Positions 63,828-64,000 of a stretch of DNA of 64,000 nt are shown one piece after another. Origin of the DNA: Schmidtea nova (Eukaryota); NCBI GenBank assembly GCA_044892505.1, contig CM097882.1, positions 209,374,001-209,438,000 of the forward strand. The letters are read 5' to 3'. A model generated the notes under the pieces. The model searched no databases. It saw nothing but the letters and a program-made list of their open reading frames with translations, and had not been told where the DNA came from. Every line of letters starts with the position of its first letter. Positions within the stretch are counted from its first letter, which is position 1. Made by a program: the position numbers and the translations under genes.

Positions 63828-64000
63828 TGTTATCGGGGTTACAGCTTTCGTTGCCGATACCCCTAAAACAAAAGTCAATACGATAAGATAAAAATAAAAC
63901 ATTTATTCAAAAGGTATCTTCTTGTGCTTCTTTTAAAACTGCTTCTAGTGCTTATATTCAAATTCCAAATACTGCTTCGAAAGTGCTTTATATTATTCTC
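63828..64000. repeat. Possible start of another LTR
   Basis: TGTTATCGGGG start and ATTTATT layout like other LTR ends here; truncated by the window edge. Confidence 0.3.

Overview
AT-rich eukaryotic (invertebrate, planarian-like by inference) repeat-dense window made almost entirely of nested mobile DNA, with one 237-N gap. Main contents in order: (1) an internally deleted Ty3/Gypsy remnant on the minus strand; (2) a >=17.5-kb, 3'-truncated giant LTR retroelement (2.5-kb LTR, tRNA-Pro PBS) carrying a RING protein, gag, two ubiquitin-like domains, a chuvirus-like fusion glycoprotein located upstream of the protease, ankyrin repeats and a four-repeat FN3-like membrane protein, with no RT/RNaseH/integrase in the retained part; (3) 25-bp satellite and TGAGTCA-rich repeats; (4) a mariner interrupted at its start by an RLE-type non-LTR fragment; (5) two 4.4-kb solo LTRs nested one inside the other; (6) one orphan ORF with a C-terminal TM helix; (7) a triple-nested solo-LTR cluster; (8) an intact DD34E Tc1/IS630-like transposon inside a Gypsy integrase remnant; (9) a ~14.6-kb palindromic element whose arms each carry an apparently spliced protein-primed DNA polymerase B gene, inserted into a solo LTR. 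All four giant LTRs share a structured RNA with compensatory base changes at their 3' end. All alignments and folds were done by eye.
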